IMG/VR virus record: IMGVR_UViG_3300017922_000013
DNA length: 24,410 bases
Direction: 5' to 3' (one strand)
Source: a virus
Each line of letters opens with the position of its first letter. Positions within the stretch are counted from its first letter, which is position 1. The notes under the pieces are model-generated. The model worked only from the letters and a program-made list of their open reading frames with translations, ran no database searches and was not told the DNA's origin. A program made the translations under genes and the position numbers. Below, piece by piece: positions 7,901-16,116 of this stretch.

Positions 7901-7968
7901 CGAATCAAGGGTCTTCGCTTTCGGCTCGGGCTTTCGGCGCTCGCTTCGAGTTTATACCTCAGAGGTGA
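4909..7968 (+). CDS. fibre/adhesin with C-terminal C-type-lectin (FGE/Mtd-like) domain; putative DGR target
   Basis: Fibre motifs YVKNTGDTVTGD and GSGSGLDADTVDG; internal repeats; YRGIENLWGNVWQ; terminal LLSGGLWYEGSNAGVGSLASNQGSSLSARAFGARFEF. Confidence 0.8.
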   Translation: MPYLNHSNNASTTLISDVGETDNSISLGTGEGDQFPSSDFRVTIWNAGTYSNPADDTTMEIIHVGSRSGDTLSNLTRGVEGTSASVHYAGHTLANLLTAGTFHDSNYGLENYLHDKTTTIAEITDAGTLATADVIKANDIDAESSLSGQVLTSDGAGNATWQDQTTLTDEDVEDIVGSLVVGGTNITVTYSDVDGTLTISNDIDIDQTPADGNTNNPISSDYMYDHVNASDAHHSRYTDAEARAATDGQIDADTVDGAQLADIQAEIDGDISTHASIADVHHAKYTDGEAIAAINGDTDHGSTAQHDYRTDEEIRDTIASFVVGGTNVTITHDDENNTLTFESVDTNTWRDVDDVPVDGATNVSVSSNWAYDHENDVNAHHAKYTDAEARAATDGQIDADTVDGAHLVDIQNEINGDISTHAGDADAHHTRYTDAEAISAVAAADDYVKNTGDTVTGDILIDSNTSTYGLIVSRDGQINVQRIKTTVGDTSVDHEYINDEENGNIIWTIENLDTEASDGSLYNYSQLKFFSDNIDTYLSLNDNKFFHEGFMGSGSGLDADTVDGSELSDIQLEIDNDISTHASDVDAHHTNANDPTPDEKAAMTNANTPSSSNPFATMDNVGTPLSMMPVGFEWDRDSSSPSLRQIDINGNTINPDTSFFDNHAIWGNIWRCVIDPATGEVTYGSNPRGDGLDLTGASGNVMVRLPAFDVKYYADSRYIRIWLSPVRLSGFERFPNTRMRGGVEVPEMFISAFEASGFDDAGTFKLQSATGKTPVTGGVAYPDLPNSGRFTIDDAETYANNIGSGYGTMNIWTMSAIRLLFYTEMGSLNSQTALGRGVVDLDGGTGFAGLNTGADSADSNIGTNGTGTGTGTDGETPIVYRGIENLWGNVWQYVIGYNEVDAEHRITKQDGTGTLAGDLAAGEYEASNVSPITTNGYQSDVLTENLLQYLMIPNSVTGSSSTYLCDYFYAHDAGETNILLSGGLWYEGSNAGVGSLASNQGSSLSARAFGARFEFIPQR
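5345..5354 (+). promoter_or_regulatory. dispersed dyad motif copy 3 (in CDS)
   Basis: cctctc-TGTCTGGACA. Confidence 0.35.
5410..6231 (+). repeat. internal duplication of about 140 aa in the fibre
   Basis: 5410-5790 versus 5836-6231: VVGGTNITVT/VVGGTNVTIT and YTDAEARAATDGQIDADTVDG in both; partial third copy about 6562-6678. Confidence 0.85.
7843..7953 (+). other. DGR variable-region (VR)-like segment
   Basis: 7841-7953 has 9 A in 113 nt and about 60% GC; fixed codons alternate with NNT codons (ctt, tat, aat, tct, gct, aat, ctt, gct, gct) at positions expected to be AAT in a template. Confidence 0.75.
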
Positions 7969-7972
7969 TTTA

Positions 7973-8260
7973 ATGAAAGTACAATCAACAATACAACCAC
8001 AGGAAATTTACATAGATAAGGTCAAAAATGGCAGAGTTAGATTACTCTGCCGCTGGGATGTTTCAGAAGTTACGCATACTGACGAAATCAAAGGGGAAGT
8101 ACAAACACTTTACGACTATGAAGAAAAAGTTTTATGGTGGACTTTCCCACTTGAAAGTGATGGTTTGGTTCTTAATAATATTGAGAATATTGAACAGTAC
8201 ATCCAGAACAACAAGACAGAAATTTTGAACTTTGCTAAAGGGAGTAAAATCTCCCTTTAA
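7973..8260 (+). CDS. small fibre-associated protein (95 aa; start revised from 7802)
   Basis: GAGGTGA RBS at 7962-7968 overlaps the fibre stop; MKVQSTIQPQEIY...; position typical of fibre assembly chaperones (inference). Confidence 0.7.
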   Translation: MKVQSTIQPQEIYIDKVKNGRVRLLCRWDVSEVTHTDEIKGEVQTLYDYEEKVLWWTFPLESDGLVLNNIENIEQYIQNNKTEILNFAKGSKISL

Positions 8261-8276
8261 ATATTTGGTGATATAA

Positions 8277-8408
8277 ATGATAAATGGAAATACACTCAAC
8301 TCGCAACCTTTAAATACTATGAACTACATAGACAAAGGCATACTATTGGATTTAATTGTTTATGATTCAGATTATGTTGATATTGTCTTTGTAGATATAA
8401 ACGATTGA
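8277..8408 (+). CDS. small hypothetical protein (43 aa; not in ORF track)
   Basis: GGTGA RBS at 8267-8271; MINGNTLNSQPLNTMNYIDKGILLDLIVYDSDYVDIVFVDIND; fills the gap between neighbours. Confidence 0.5.
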   Translation: MINGNTLNSQPLNTMNYIDKGILLDLIVYDSDYVDIVFVDIND

Positions 8409-8416
8409 GGATTCCT

Positions 8417-8749
8417 ATGGATACAAAAATAGAATTGGTAATTAGAAGTGGTGCTACATATCCACCAGTAACATGTACCGTTAAAGACCAGAACGGTGAT
8501 GCATATAACTTAAGTGACGTTGACACAGTTACGTTTACAATGTATGATGGTAACGGTAACAAAGTAGATGGAGAGAGTGCCACTATAATAGATGCATCTG
8601 CTGGTAAAATAAAGTACGAATGGTCAGCAAATGATACAGATACTTCAGGTATGTACTCAGGTTATTTCACCATAACATTTAATGATGGTTCAGTTATGAT
8701 TGCACCATCTGGAAATGTATTTAAGATTTATGTTGAAAGGGTGGAATGA
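8417..8749 (+). CDS. BppU N-terminal-like Ig domain structural protein (start revised)
   Basis: GAGG RBS; IELVIRSGATYPPVTCTVKDQNGDAYNLS...GKIKYEWSANDTDTSGMYSGYFTITF matches the BppU_N pattern from memory. Confidence 0.6.
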   Translation: MDTKIELVIRSGATYPPVTCTVKDQNGDAYNLSDVDTVTFTMYDGNGNKVDGESATIIDASAGKIKYEWSANDTDTSGMYSGYFTITFNDGSVMIAPSGNVFKIYVERVE

Positions 8750-8750
8750 A

Positions 8751-9527
8751 ATGAGTAAACGAATACTTGTTATTGGTGACACACATGTTGGTGACATTCA
8801 TTCTATAATGCCACCAAATGTAAAATTGTATTCAGAAGAAAACGGTACACAAACTACCGTACAGCAAAATGATATACAGAAATTCTTTTATTCTAAATGG
8901 CTTGAAATGTGTAACGAAGGACATTTCGATGCTGTCATATGTCTCGGTGACATGTGTGATGGTTCTAACTACCAAGATAATGGTAGGGAATCATGGACAA
9001 CCGATTTGGATGTACAAACGGATGTTGCAGCAGAACTATTAAAGATGATTGATACTGACAAGTTCTTTAATGTTTATGGTTCACCGTATCATAACGGTAA
9101 AGATTATATGTGTGACAAAACTGTAATGGATAAAGTCGGTGGTAATTTTAATGTCACACAAACTCTAAATATAGAAGACCTACGTTTCTACTGCAAACAT
9201 ACTGTCGGTGTATCTAAACGTTTGAATACACGTGGTAGTAGTTTTGGTGGAGATATAGTTAACATGATTGCAGATGAGGAATCATTCGGTAAGATAGATG
9301 TTCAGTTACGTGGTCATGCACATTATTTTTATTATCAAGAAATTGATGGTGTTCTTGGTATGGTAGCACCATGTTGGAAGTCAAGAGATTCATTTTTAAA
9401 ACGTGGTGACTCAATAGTAAACGATTGTGGATACATAATTTTCAATGTAGAGGATGACAATTATAGTTTTGAGAAACATCTATTCAGAGTACCACAAGAA
9501 ATAGCATTTAGAGGTACAACAGTATGA
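8751..9527 (+). CDS. calcineurin-like metallophosphoesterase (start revised)
   Basis: VIGDTHVG, CLGDMCDG, CKH and RGHAHY motifs. Confidence 0.8.
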   Translation: MSKRILVIGDTHVGDIHSIMPPNVKLYSEENGTQTTVQQNDIQKFFYSKWLEMCNEGHFDAVICLGDMCDGSNYQDNGRESWTTDLDVQTDVAAELLKMIDTDKFFNVYGSPYHNGKDYMCDKTVMDKVGGNFNVTQTLNIEDLRFYCKHTVGVSKRLNTRGSSFGGDIVNMIADEESFGKIDVQLRGHAHYFYYQEIDGVLGMVAPCWKSRDSFLKRGDSIVNDCGYIIFNVEDDNYSFEKHLFRVPQEIAFRGTTV

Positions 9528-9775
9528 ATGATGCGGATAATATATTTTTAAGAGAAAAAATAGCAACCATTGAAACAGATGTAAAATATCTTAGACAGTC
9601 ATTTGAACGATACGAAGATAAACGTAGTTATGAATGTGACGTATGTAAAGAAGAAATATGGGATAAACTAAGTTGGCTTGAATGTAACCAATATAAAGCG
9701 ATTGGTGCGATTGGTCTAATTCAATTTATTATACTCATAGTCGGACAGGTTCTAATAACAAACTTTTTATTGTGA
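9524..9775 (+). CDS. coiled-coil protein with C-terminal TM helix (XhlA/holin-like)
   Basis: ATGA overlap; heptad N-terminus, hydrophobic AIGAIGLIQFIILIVGQVLI. Confidence 0.6.
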   Translation: MNDADNIFLREKIATIETDVKYLRQSFERYEDKRSYECDVCKEEIWDKLSWLECNQYKAIGAIGLIQFIILIVGQVLITNFLL

Positions 9776-9779
9776 TGAC

Positions 9780-11327
9780 ATGGATGAAGCCATTGAATGT
9801 TTCATGAATGATGTTGACTTGTCTAAAAGTCAGATAGCAGAACGTTGGAGTAATCCATTTAATATAGTTACTGACATATTCCAATACAGAGATTTAAATG
9901 GACAACTTGTTAGTTATACACCTTACGATTACTCTGTTGATTTCATGGACTATGGTTTCAGAAATATGGATACAGATAGATGTGTGCTTAAATCCAGACA
10001 GATTGGATTTAGTACAACTGCTGAAATGGAAGCAGTTATTCTATCAATGACACTTGAAGACACAGAGATACCATTCGTTTCTAACCAATACAGGAATGCA
10101 CAGAAACTCGTAGAAGCGTGTGGTAAGATTATACAGAACGCTAAGTATCCGTTACCATTCAAAGACCGTGATATACAGAAACAGAGAATCACAAGCGAAC
10201 TTGGAACTACGATAATACCATATTCATCTAAACCTTCATCTATACGTGGTGACGCTGCTGCAAGAGTTTATCTTGATGAATTTGCTTTCGTACCTAATCA
10301 GCAAGAAACATTAGATGCAGTTGAACCAAAGTTATCAAGAGGTGGTTCAATCACTATGATGAGTACACCACTACGTGCAGATGACTTGTTCATGAAAACA
10401 TTTAATGACATGAAAGAAGGTAAGATAGAAGGCAAGACTTGGTATCTACCGTTATATGATGAGAACGAAATTGATGTAAACAAACCATTGACTGCACAAG
10501 ATGCAACACCTATATGTCCAGATTTGGATATACGTAGACCTGAGAACGTACGTGCTAAGAGTATTGATAGGTTCTTACAGGAATACATGTGTCAACCAAT
10601 CGATGAGATTAACGCATACTATCCATATGAACTAATACTTGAGACTACTAAGTTTGAACCAAACGATAGTACAAGCCAAGGTTATACAGTAATGGGATTA
10701 GACCATGCATTGATTAAAGATGAAACCGTATTTGTTATTAATAACATAATAGATGGTACACGTAACAATATTGTTTATGTTGAGAGTACACAAGCAGATT
10801 ATTATGAACAGTTACGTAGAGCAAAACAACTATACAAAAATTTTAATGTTGATAAGATACGTGCAGATGCTACTTCTGAAATGGGTGCACAGGTTGAACG
10901 TGACTTGCGTAACATATTTGGCAATATCGTTGATGGTGTTAAGTACACAAATATGATTAAGAATGATATGGCTATGCGTTTAAAGTACTTAATGCAGAAT
11001 ACACGTAATGGGTTTACACCAGATATACGTATGGTAGATGACGCTGATTTGATTAGTCAGATACATAACATACAGGTTGAGGTAACACAGGCAGGTGTAA
11101 CCAAATATAGTGGTAAGCATGGCGGTGGTTTAGATGATATGGTTAATGCGTTATGGTTAAGCATACCACCTGAAATAATTGAACGTATGGATAAACCAGT
11201 TATAACAAAAGCAGAACATGCACCTAAACGTAAAAGTAAACCAGAGAGTAAACAAAAGGTTGGCTTTGCTATATCAAAATCATCCGGTAGAAAACTTAAG
11301 TCCAGACAGCAGAGAGGTACATTATGA
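9780..11327 (+). CDS. terL: terminase large subunit
   Basis: Walker A LKSRQIGFST, Walker B VYLDEFAFV, nuclease GLDHA and DDMVNALW; immediately precedes portal. Confidence 0.95.
   Translation: MDEAIECFMNDVDLSKSQIAERWSNPFNIVTDIFQYRDLNGQLVSYTPYDYSVDFMDYGFRNMDTDRCVLKSRQIGFSTTAEMEAVILSMTLEDTEIPFVSNQYRNAQKLVEACGKIIQNAKYPLPFKDRDIQKQRITSELGTTIIPYSSKPSSIRGDAAARVYLDEFAFVPNQQETLDAVEPKLSRGGSITMMSTPLRADDLFMKTFNDMKEGKIEGKTWYLPLYDENEIDVNKPLTAQDATPICPDLDIRRPENVRAKSIDRFLQEYMCQPIDEINAYYPYELILETTKFEPNDSTSQGYTVMGLDHALIKDETVFVINNIIDGTRNNIVYVESTQADYYEQLRRAKQLYKNFNVDKIRADATSEMGAQVERDLRNIFGNIVDGVKYTNMIKNDMAMRLKYLMQNTRNGFTPDIRMVDDADLISQIHNIQVEVTQAGVTKYSGKHGGGLDDMVNALWLSIPPEIIERMDKPVITKAEHAPKRKSKPESKQKVGFAISKSSGRKLKSRQQRGTL
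11299..11308 (-). promoter_or_regulatory. dispersed dyad motif copy 4
   Basis: Minus strand cctctctgc-TGTCTGGACT-ta; 15 nt before the portal ATG. Confidence 0.45.
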
Positions 11328-12625
11328 ATATTAAAGATTTCATCTTAAACTTAGCAGAAGATACTAAAGATAATACAATCGCTAAATTATCTGCAAGAGT
11401 ACGTAGAAGTAAAGGTACTGAGAGAGAACGACCTAACCGTAACAGTACATTATATTGGGATATATACAGAACAGACGCTTTAGCAGGTGCAGGTATAGAT
11501 TATACTATCAATTTCGTATGTGGTGCAGGTTTCGATGTACGTATCTTAGATGACGAAGGCAACGAACAAGACTTGCCTTGGTTTGACAAGATGTTACGTA
11601 ACAGCAAACCTAAACAGAAAATTATAGAGTTTCTAAAAGATGGTTTGATTGAAGGTGACGGTTACATATACTTACAGGAATCAGAGACAGCCGATGATTG
11701 GTACGCTGGTTTCGATGTAATACCTGCTACACAAGTACGTATTGAACGTGATGAGTTTAATAATATAAAACAATATGTACAAGAGGTAGGTCAGGGTGAA
11801 GATGATTACCCAACGTTTGAACCGAACAGAGTTGCACATTATCGTAACAGACCTATAAGTGGTGAAGCATACGGTAGAAGTGATATTGAACCAATCGTTG
11901 AAGCATCCGAAATACTTAGAGACATGCAGATAGATTTGGCTAACTTCATTAGTACTAAGGCATATCCACCTATACTTTGGAAACTTGGTAACTCTGAACA
12001 ACCTTGGGGTGCTAACTTAGTCGAAGAATGGGCTAAGACAAGAGAAGAAATAGAACCCGGTGACCAAATTAGTGTACAGGGTGATGTAAGTTATGAAGCG
12101 GTTGGTGTAAGCAGTGAAACGCTTGATGTACAACCGTACCTATTATTCTTCGCTTCTCTCGTTGTGTCTGGACTAAGAGTGCCTGCTGCTTTAACATCAC
12201 TAATTAAAGATATGGGTCAGTTTACTGCTGATAGTCAAGCGAATGCTTACGCAAGACGTATCAATGATTTGAGACAACAGTTAGCAGAGATTTTAGAAGT
12301 AGATGTATTCAATAGAATACTTAGACAAAATAACGCTGGACAATATCATGCAGAAGTTGTATGGAGAAAGCATGACGATGAAGCAGAACGTATGGCTGTA
12401 AACAACGTTGTACAGTTAGTACAAAATGGTATCATTAGTGATACTGAAGCACGTGAATCTGTTGGCTATCCACAAGAAGTCAAAGGTGAATTAAAGAAAC
12501 CTGTTGACAAACCAGAGAATGTTGAACCAGCGATACCAAACGAATCTAATCAAAACACATCTGATGATGTCACTGAAGATAATCGTACAGGTTCTAAACG
12601 TATGGAAGCAACAGATGAAACATAA
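11324..12625 (+). CDS. portal protein
   Basis: 433 aa directly after terL; GDGYIYL, VAHYRNRPISGEAYGRSDIEPI and ISDTEARESVGY are portal-type motifs. Confidence 0.9.
   Translation: MNIKDFILNLAEDTKDNTIAKLSARVRRSKGTERERPNRNSTLYWDIYRTDALAGAGIDYTINFVCGAGFDVRILDDEGNEQDLPWFDKMLRNSKPKQKIIEFLKDGLIEGDGYIYLQESETADDWYAGFDVIPATQVRIERDEFNNIKQYVQEVGQGEDDYPTFEPNRVAHYRNRPISGEAYGRSDIEPIVEASEILRDMQIDLANFISTKAYPPILWKLGNSEQPWGANLVEEWAKTREEIEPGDQISVQGDVSYEAVGVSSETLDVQPYLLFFASLVVSGLRVPAALTSLIKDMGQFTADSQANAYARRINDLRQQLAEILEVDVFNRILRQNNAGQYHAEVVWRKHDDEAERMAVNNVVQLVQNGIISDTEARESVGYPQEVKGELKKPVDKPENVEPAIPNESNQNTSDDVTEDNRTGSKRMEATDET
12155..12178 (+). promoter_or_regulatory. dispersed dyad motif copy 5 (in portal CDS)
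   Basis: tctctcgttg-TGTCTGGACT-aaga. Confidence 0.55.
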
Positions 12626-12658
12626 TAACCGAAACCTTTATATAGTATAAAAAACATA
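12626..12658 (+). promoter_or_regulatory. BRE/TATA promoter for the capsid operon
   Basis: taaccgaaac-c-TTTATATA-gtataaaaaacata; 29/33 identical to the terS promoter. Confidence 0.75.
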
Positions 12659-12675
12659 TAGGAGTATGTATAATT

Positions 12676-12894
12676 ATGGCAGAATTTCAACCATGTAGAT
12701 GTCTTATATATGATTGTTCTACAAGAGCAAATCTTATAGCAGGACACTACTATTGCCATAGTCTGTGGAATAAGATGAAAAGTAATCCAGACGCAGATTA
12801 TAAGTATACAAAGACAGAAGTACGTGCAGAACATGCACGTATCGTAAAGTGTCTTAAGAAGAATGGCTATGAACACGATTCTCCACTGGACTGA
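12676..12894 (+). CDS. small His/Cys-rich hypothetical protein (72 aa)
   Basis: GGAG RBS; GHYYCHSLW...EHARIVKCLKKNGYEHDSPLD. Confidence 0.65.
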   Translation: MAEFQPCRCLIYDCSTRANLIAGHYYCHSLWNKMKSNPDADYKYTKTEVRAEHARIVKCLKKNGYEHDSPLD

Positions 12895-12900
12895 TACATT

Positions 12901-13755
12901 ATGGGTATGCAAATAAGCGGTATAGCAACTGTACCCACTACATATTACTCAAACAGTGGTAAAGCAGTAGAGATTAGACCAGAGGATATACAGAGTGCTA
13001 TTGACAATAGTGCCAACGTAAAATTCCAGATTGGTCATGACGAACTCGCTGAACCAGTAGGTGAAGCATTTGCTTTACGTATGAACAGTAAAGGTGGTAT
13101 GTACTACGGTGCAAGTATAGATAATGAATATGCTGAAAATATGATACAATCTATTTTTGACGATGGCAAGATACCCAATGTATCAGTCAATTTAGTACCA
13201 ACTGAAGATGCTACAATCGAAGTTACAGCGACAGAAGATGGTACTGAAATATACACTGCTGACAGTTGGAGACTTGAGCATATAGGTATCGTTGATTCAG
13301 GTAGATGCAAACCAGAACAGGGATGCGGTATTTTCGATTATCAAATATTAAATTCATCTAAAGGTGATGTAATGACAGACAACAACGATGTAGGTAAAGA
13401 AGAACTGGCACTTGAACTGAGTGAACTTAAGGACACCATTTCTAAGAAGGATGAAAAAATATCCAAACTTGAATCTAGTGTCAAAGACCTTGAGTTAGCA
13501 CTCAGTGAAGCCGAAGATACAATCAAACAGTTTAAGGAACAGCAACTTGAAGAAAAGAGAAATGCTATCCTGAAACTCGATGACAGTATCGAAGCAGACG
13601 AACTCAAAGAGGTTAAAGACCCTAAAGCACTTGAACTTATGTTATCTGGACTTCGTGACAGAACTTCACGTAAGCATAGAGCACAAGAAGAAGACAAAGA
13701 AAATGACATTAACGATGTACTTGCTGACTTTAAGAAGGCAGTGTATGGTGCATAA
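12901..13755 (+). CDS. prohead maturation protease fused to coiled-coil scaffold
   Basis: Between portal and capsid genes; IGHD, NVSV and EHIGIVDSGRC...GCGI protease-type motifs; acidic heptad C-terminal half. Confidence 0.75.
   Translation: MGMQISGIATVPTTYYSNSGKAVEIRPEDIQSAIDNSANVKFQIGHDELAEPVGEAFALRMNSKGGMYYGASIDNEYAENMIQSIFDDGKIPNVSVNLVPTEDATIEVTATEDGTEIYTADSWRLEHIGIVDSGRCKPEQGCGIFDYQILNSSKGDVMTDNNDVGKEELALELSELKDTISKKDEKISKLESSVKDLELALSEAEDTIKQFKEQQLEEKRNAILKLDDSIEADELKEVKDPKALELMLSGLRDRTSRKHRAQEEDKENDINDVLADFKKAVYGA
13372..13755 (+). CDS. possible nested in-frame scaffold protein
   Basis: AAGGTGAT RBS at 13361-13368 before in-frame ATG 13372, at the protease/coiled-coil boundary. Confidence 0.5.
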   Translation: MTDNNDVGKEELALELSELKDTISKKDEKISKLESSVKDLELALSEAEDTIKQFKEQQLEEKRNAILKLDDSIEADELKEVKDPKALELMLSGLRDRTSRKHRAQEEDKENDINDVLADFKKAVYGA

Positions 13756-13778
13756 ATATTTTAAGAGAGTGATAAACA

Positions 13779-14426
13779 ATGACTGACAACACATCTTATT
13801 ATGCTGGTAATTATGGTAGAGGCATAGTTATTACATGTATTTTAAACGAAGGTGCACCTACTGTAACTGGTAGGACTTATGACGAACTTGGTGAGAACGC
13901 TAAAGGCATCGTATATGCATCTGAACTCACTGAAAACGATTCCGTAGCCATTGCAAATGACAGTTCCGTAACTTTCGATGACTGTAATGGTATACCAGTA
14001 GTAGAGAAACCATCTAACGGTGAACAACTCGTTGTAGGTAAAATAGTAGGTACTCCACGTATTGTTAAGACACCGCCTAACAGTGCAGCAGCAGACACTT
14101 TATCTGAACGTATCTCTGGTGGGTATTACAGGATTGCTAACGTTGAACTGATGGCTGGAATCACATCCATACAGAAAGCAACTGTTATGTGTGATGGTTC
14201 TAACGCTACTGTACCCGGTGATGGCACTACACTCAAACTTAACATCACTTCCGAATTTGATTCTGACAGATTCGATGATGGTAACAACACAATGCAGTTA
14301 GATACTGTTGCAAGTGGTGGTACTGGTCTTATACCATTCCATTACGTACCAGCAGGTACAGACGGTGACACCTATTCATGTCTCGTTGGTGTAACTGGAC
14401 TTATTACAGCAGTAACAGGGGCATAA
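13779..14426 (+). CDS. capsid decoration/cement protein (putative)
   Basis: 215 aa beta-rich protein between scaffold and capsid genes; synteny only. Confidence 0.55.
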   Translation: MTDNTSYYAGNYGRGIVITCILNEGAPTVTGRTYDELGENAKGIVYASELTENDSVAIANDSSVTFDDCNGIPVVEKPSNGEQLVVGKIVGTPRIVKTPPNSAAADTLSERISGGYYRIANVELMAGITSIQKATVMCDGSNATVPGDGTTLKLNITSEFDSDRFDDGNNTMQLDTVASGGTGLIPFHYVPAGTDGDTYSCLVGVTGLITAVTGA

Positions 14427-14440
14427 TCAAATAACGGAGA

Positions 14441-15415
14441 TTGATAATTATGGTATCTGGAACTAATGAGAGATTTTTACAGCCTGACGTAGCGATAACA
14501 ACCGCTTATCAGAAGATGGAACCGTACCTTGTATGGTTAGATTATGTCGAGCCTATGATGGAAGAAAGTAACGCTTTCCTCTATCGTTATGACGACAGTA
14601 ACAAGTCTGAAGACCCAATGAAAGAAACAGCACCACTTCACCTGCTTGGTGGTCAGTTCCCTGAACTTGACATGACCAGAGGTAATGTAACCAGTGCTGC
14701 AATCAAAGCAAAGGGATTCAGTATAAGGCTTCCACGTGACTTACTTAAAGGTAGCAACTCTGCTGCTGAAATGATGAGGGCATACAACACAGCAGGTTTC
14801 TGGTTGGCTGAACTTATCAACACTGACATCATTACAGATATGAAATCTGGTGCAAATACTTCTACAAGTAATTTCAGTCCAGATGTAACTTGGGATGATG
14901 AAACTGCTACACCTGTCGCTGACCTTCGTGACTTTGCAAGGGATATGATTACACCCGGTTACCCATACCGTATGACTGACATCTTTGCAGAGGAACAGAA
15001 CTGGTACGAACTCATTGATTATCTTGCAGATGTTGATGTCAATGAATACAAACAGAAGAACATGTTTGGTGTACCAACTGTACGTACAGACATTGTAGAT
15101 GTACCGCTTGCAGGACAGGTACATATGCTCATGAGTGGTATTGACGAAGGTGAACTTATCGGTATTGACGGTAGGAATCCAGTAGCAGAAATGCACTACT
15201 ACAACGACCCACAGTACTCTATACCACAGATTACTTACAATACTGTCGATAGTGCATCTGGTGAGGAACGTAGTATCACTGTACCTAACTATGGTATTAA
15301 CTTCGACCAGTACGTTGAACCAGACACTAAAGACATTATTGTACAGTTCTGGACTGAGAATAAGACTGTCGTTACACATTCCAAAGGAATCCTTTACAGT
15401 TCAAGTGGTATCTAA
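14441..15415 (+). CDS. major capsid protein (HK97-fold by context)
   Basis: 324 aa, position, WDDETATPVADL motif, highly biased codon use, followed by an oligo-T terminator. Confidence 0.8.
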   Translation: MIIMVSGTNERFLQPDVAITTAYQKMEPYLVWLDYVEPMMEESNAFLYRYDDSNKSEDPMKETAPLHLLGGQFPELDMTRGNVTSAAIKAKGFSIRLPRDLLKGSNSAAEMMRAYNTAGFWLAELINTDIITDMKSGANTSTSNFSPDVTWDDETATPVADLRDFARDMITPGYPYRMTDIFAEEQNWYELIDYLADVDVNEYKQKNMFGVPTVRTDIVDVPLAGQVHMLMSGIDEGELIGIDGRNPVAEMHYYNDPQYSIPQITYNTVDSASGEERSITVPNYGINFDQYVEPDTKDIIVQFWTENKTVVTHSKGILYSSSGI

Positions 15416-15423
15416 ACCACCTG

Positions 15424-15435
15424 AACTATTTTTTT
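15424..15435 (+). terminator. oligo-T terminator after the capsid gene
   Basis: AACTATTTTTTT, the same motif that follows stops in the early-arm repeats. Confidence 0.6.
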
Positions 15436-15478
15436 ATTTATGGACTTAACCAGTACATAACATCAGGGGTTAATATTT

Positions 15479-15982
15479 ATGACTTATACAGCAACAACTG
15501 CACAAGAATTTAGACGTAAGAAAGGCACGATGTCACAGAAGTTAGCAGACGAATTTACGGATATAGATACTGAAATAGATAAAATAAAATCTAAGTTTGT
15601 CATGCTTACATCATCTGATACAACCGAAGCAACTACTGGAATTGATTTAGCAAGTGGTTCTGATATTACACAATATGGTGTATTCGTAGCACCTGTTGAC
15701 ATAACTGTTGTTTCGATGAAAGATTATCTTACAGAAGCATATGTAAAAGATACAGTCGATGCTAAAATAGAAATATACGATGATGCAGACACACCTAACA
15801 AAATCTTTGGTAGAACGTTAGATGAATCCGGTGAAGACGCTGGAACGTTTACATCTACTAATCCAGAAACAGACAAAGAAAACATAGCAGCAGGCACAAG
15901 ATTAGACCTAAAAGCCGTTAACACTGCATCAAGTTCTGGTACTGGACATGCAATTGTTATGATTGAATACATTGAACAGTGA
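15479..15982 (+). CDS. putative virion structural protein (167 aa)
   Basis: Acidic, N-terminal helix plus beta domain, directly after the capsid gene. Confidence 0.6.
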   Translation: MTYTATTAQEFRRKKGTMSQKLADEFTDIDTEIDKIKSKFVMLTSSDTTEATTGIDLASGSDITQYGVFVAPVDITVVSMKDYLTEAYVKDTVDAKIEIYDDADTPNKIFGRTLDESGEDAGTFTSTNPETDKENIAAGTRLDLKAVNTASSSGTGHAIVMIEYIEQ

Positions 15983-15993
15983 GGTGGTTATAA

Positions 15994-16116
15994 ATGGCTA
16001 ATTATGATGTGACCATTTATAACAGTCTGTATGAAGCAGAACAGGCATTGGAAGGTATAGATAATGCGACAGATATTGTCGCTATACCTTTTAAAGACGG
16101 TGTACTTACTAAATGA
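15994..16116 (+). CDS. small acidic protein (40 aa; not in ORF track), possibly truncated
   Basis: GAGGTGG RBS at 15981; MANYDVTIYNSLYEAEQALEGIDNATDIVAIPFKDGVLTK. Confidence 0.55.
   Translation: MANYDVTIYNSLYEAEQALEGIDNATDIVAIPFKDGVLTK

Noticed and set aside
7956-7966. DGR target-recognition hairpin after the VR (acctc-a-gaggt)
   Set aside because: Only a 4-5-bp stem and it coincides with the RBS of the next gene.
7802-7972. N-terminal extension of ORF 7802..8260
   Set aside because: It overlaps the fibre VR in another frame, open because the VR is A-poor; the RBS supports ATG 7973.
9992-10001. ATCCAGACAG near-copy of the dispersed dyad in terL
   Set aside because: It has a core mismatch and is explained by the Walker A KSRQ codons.
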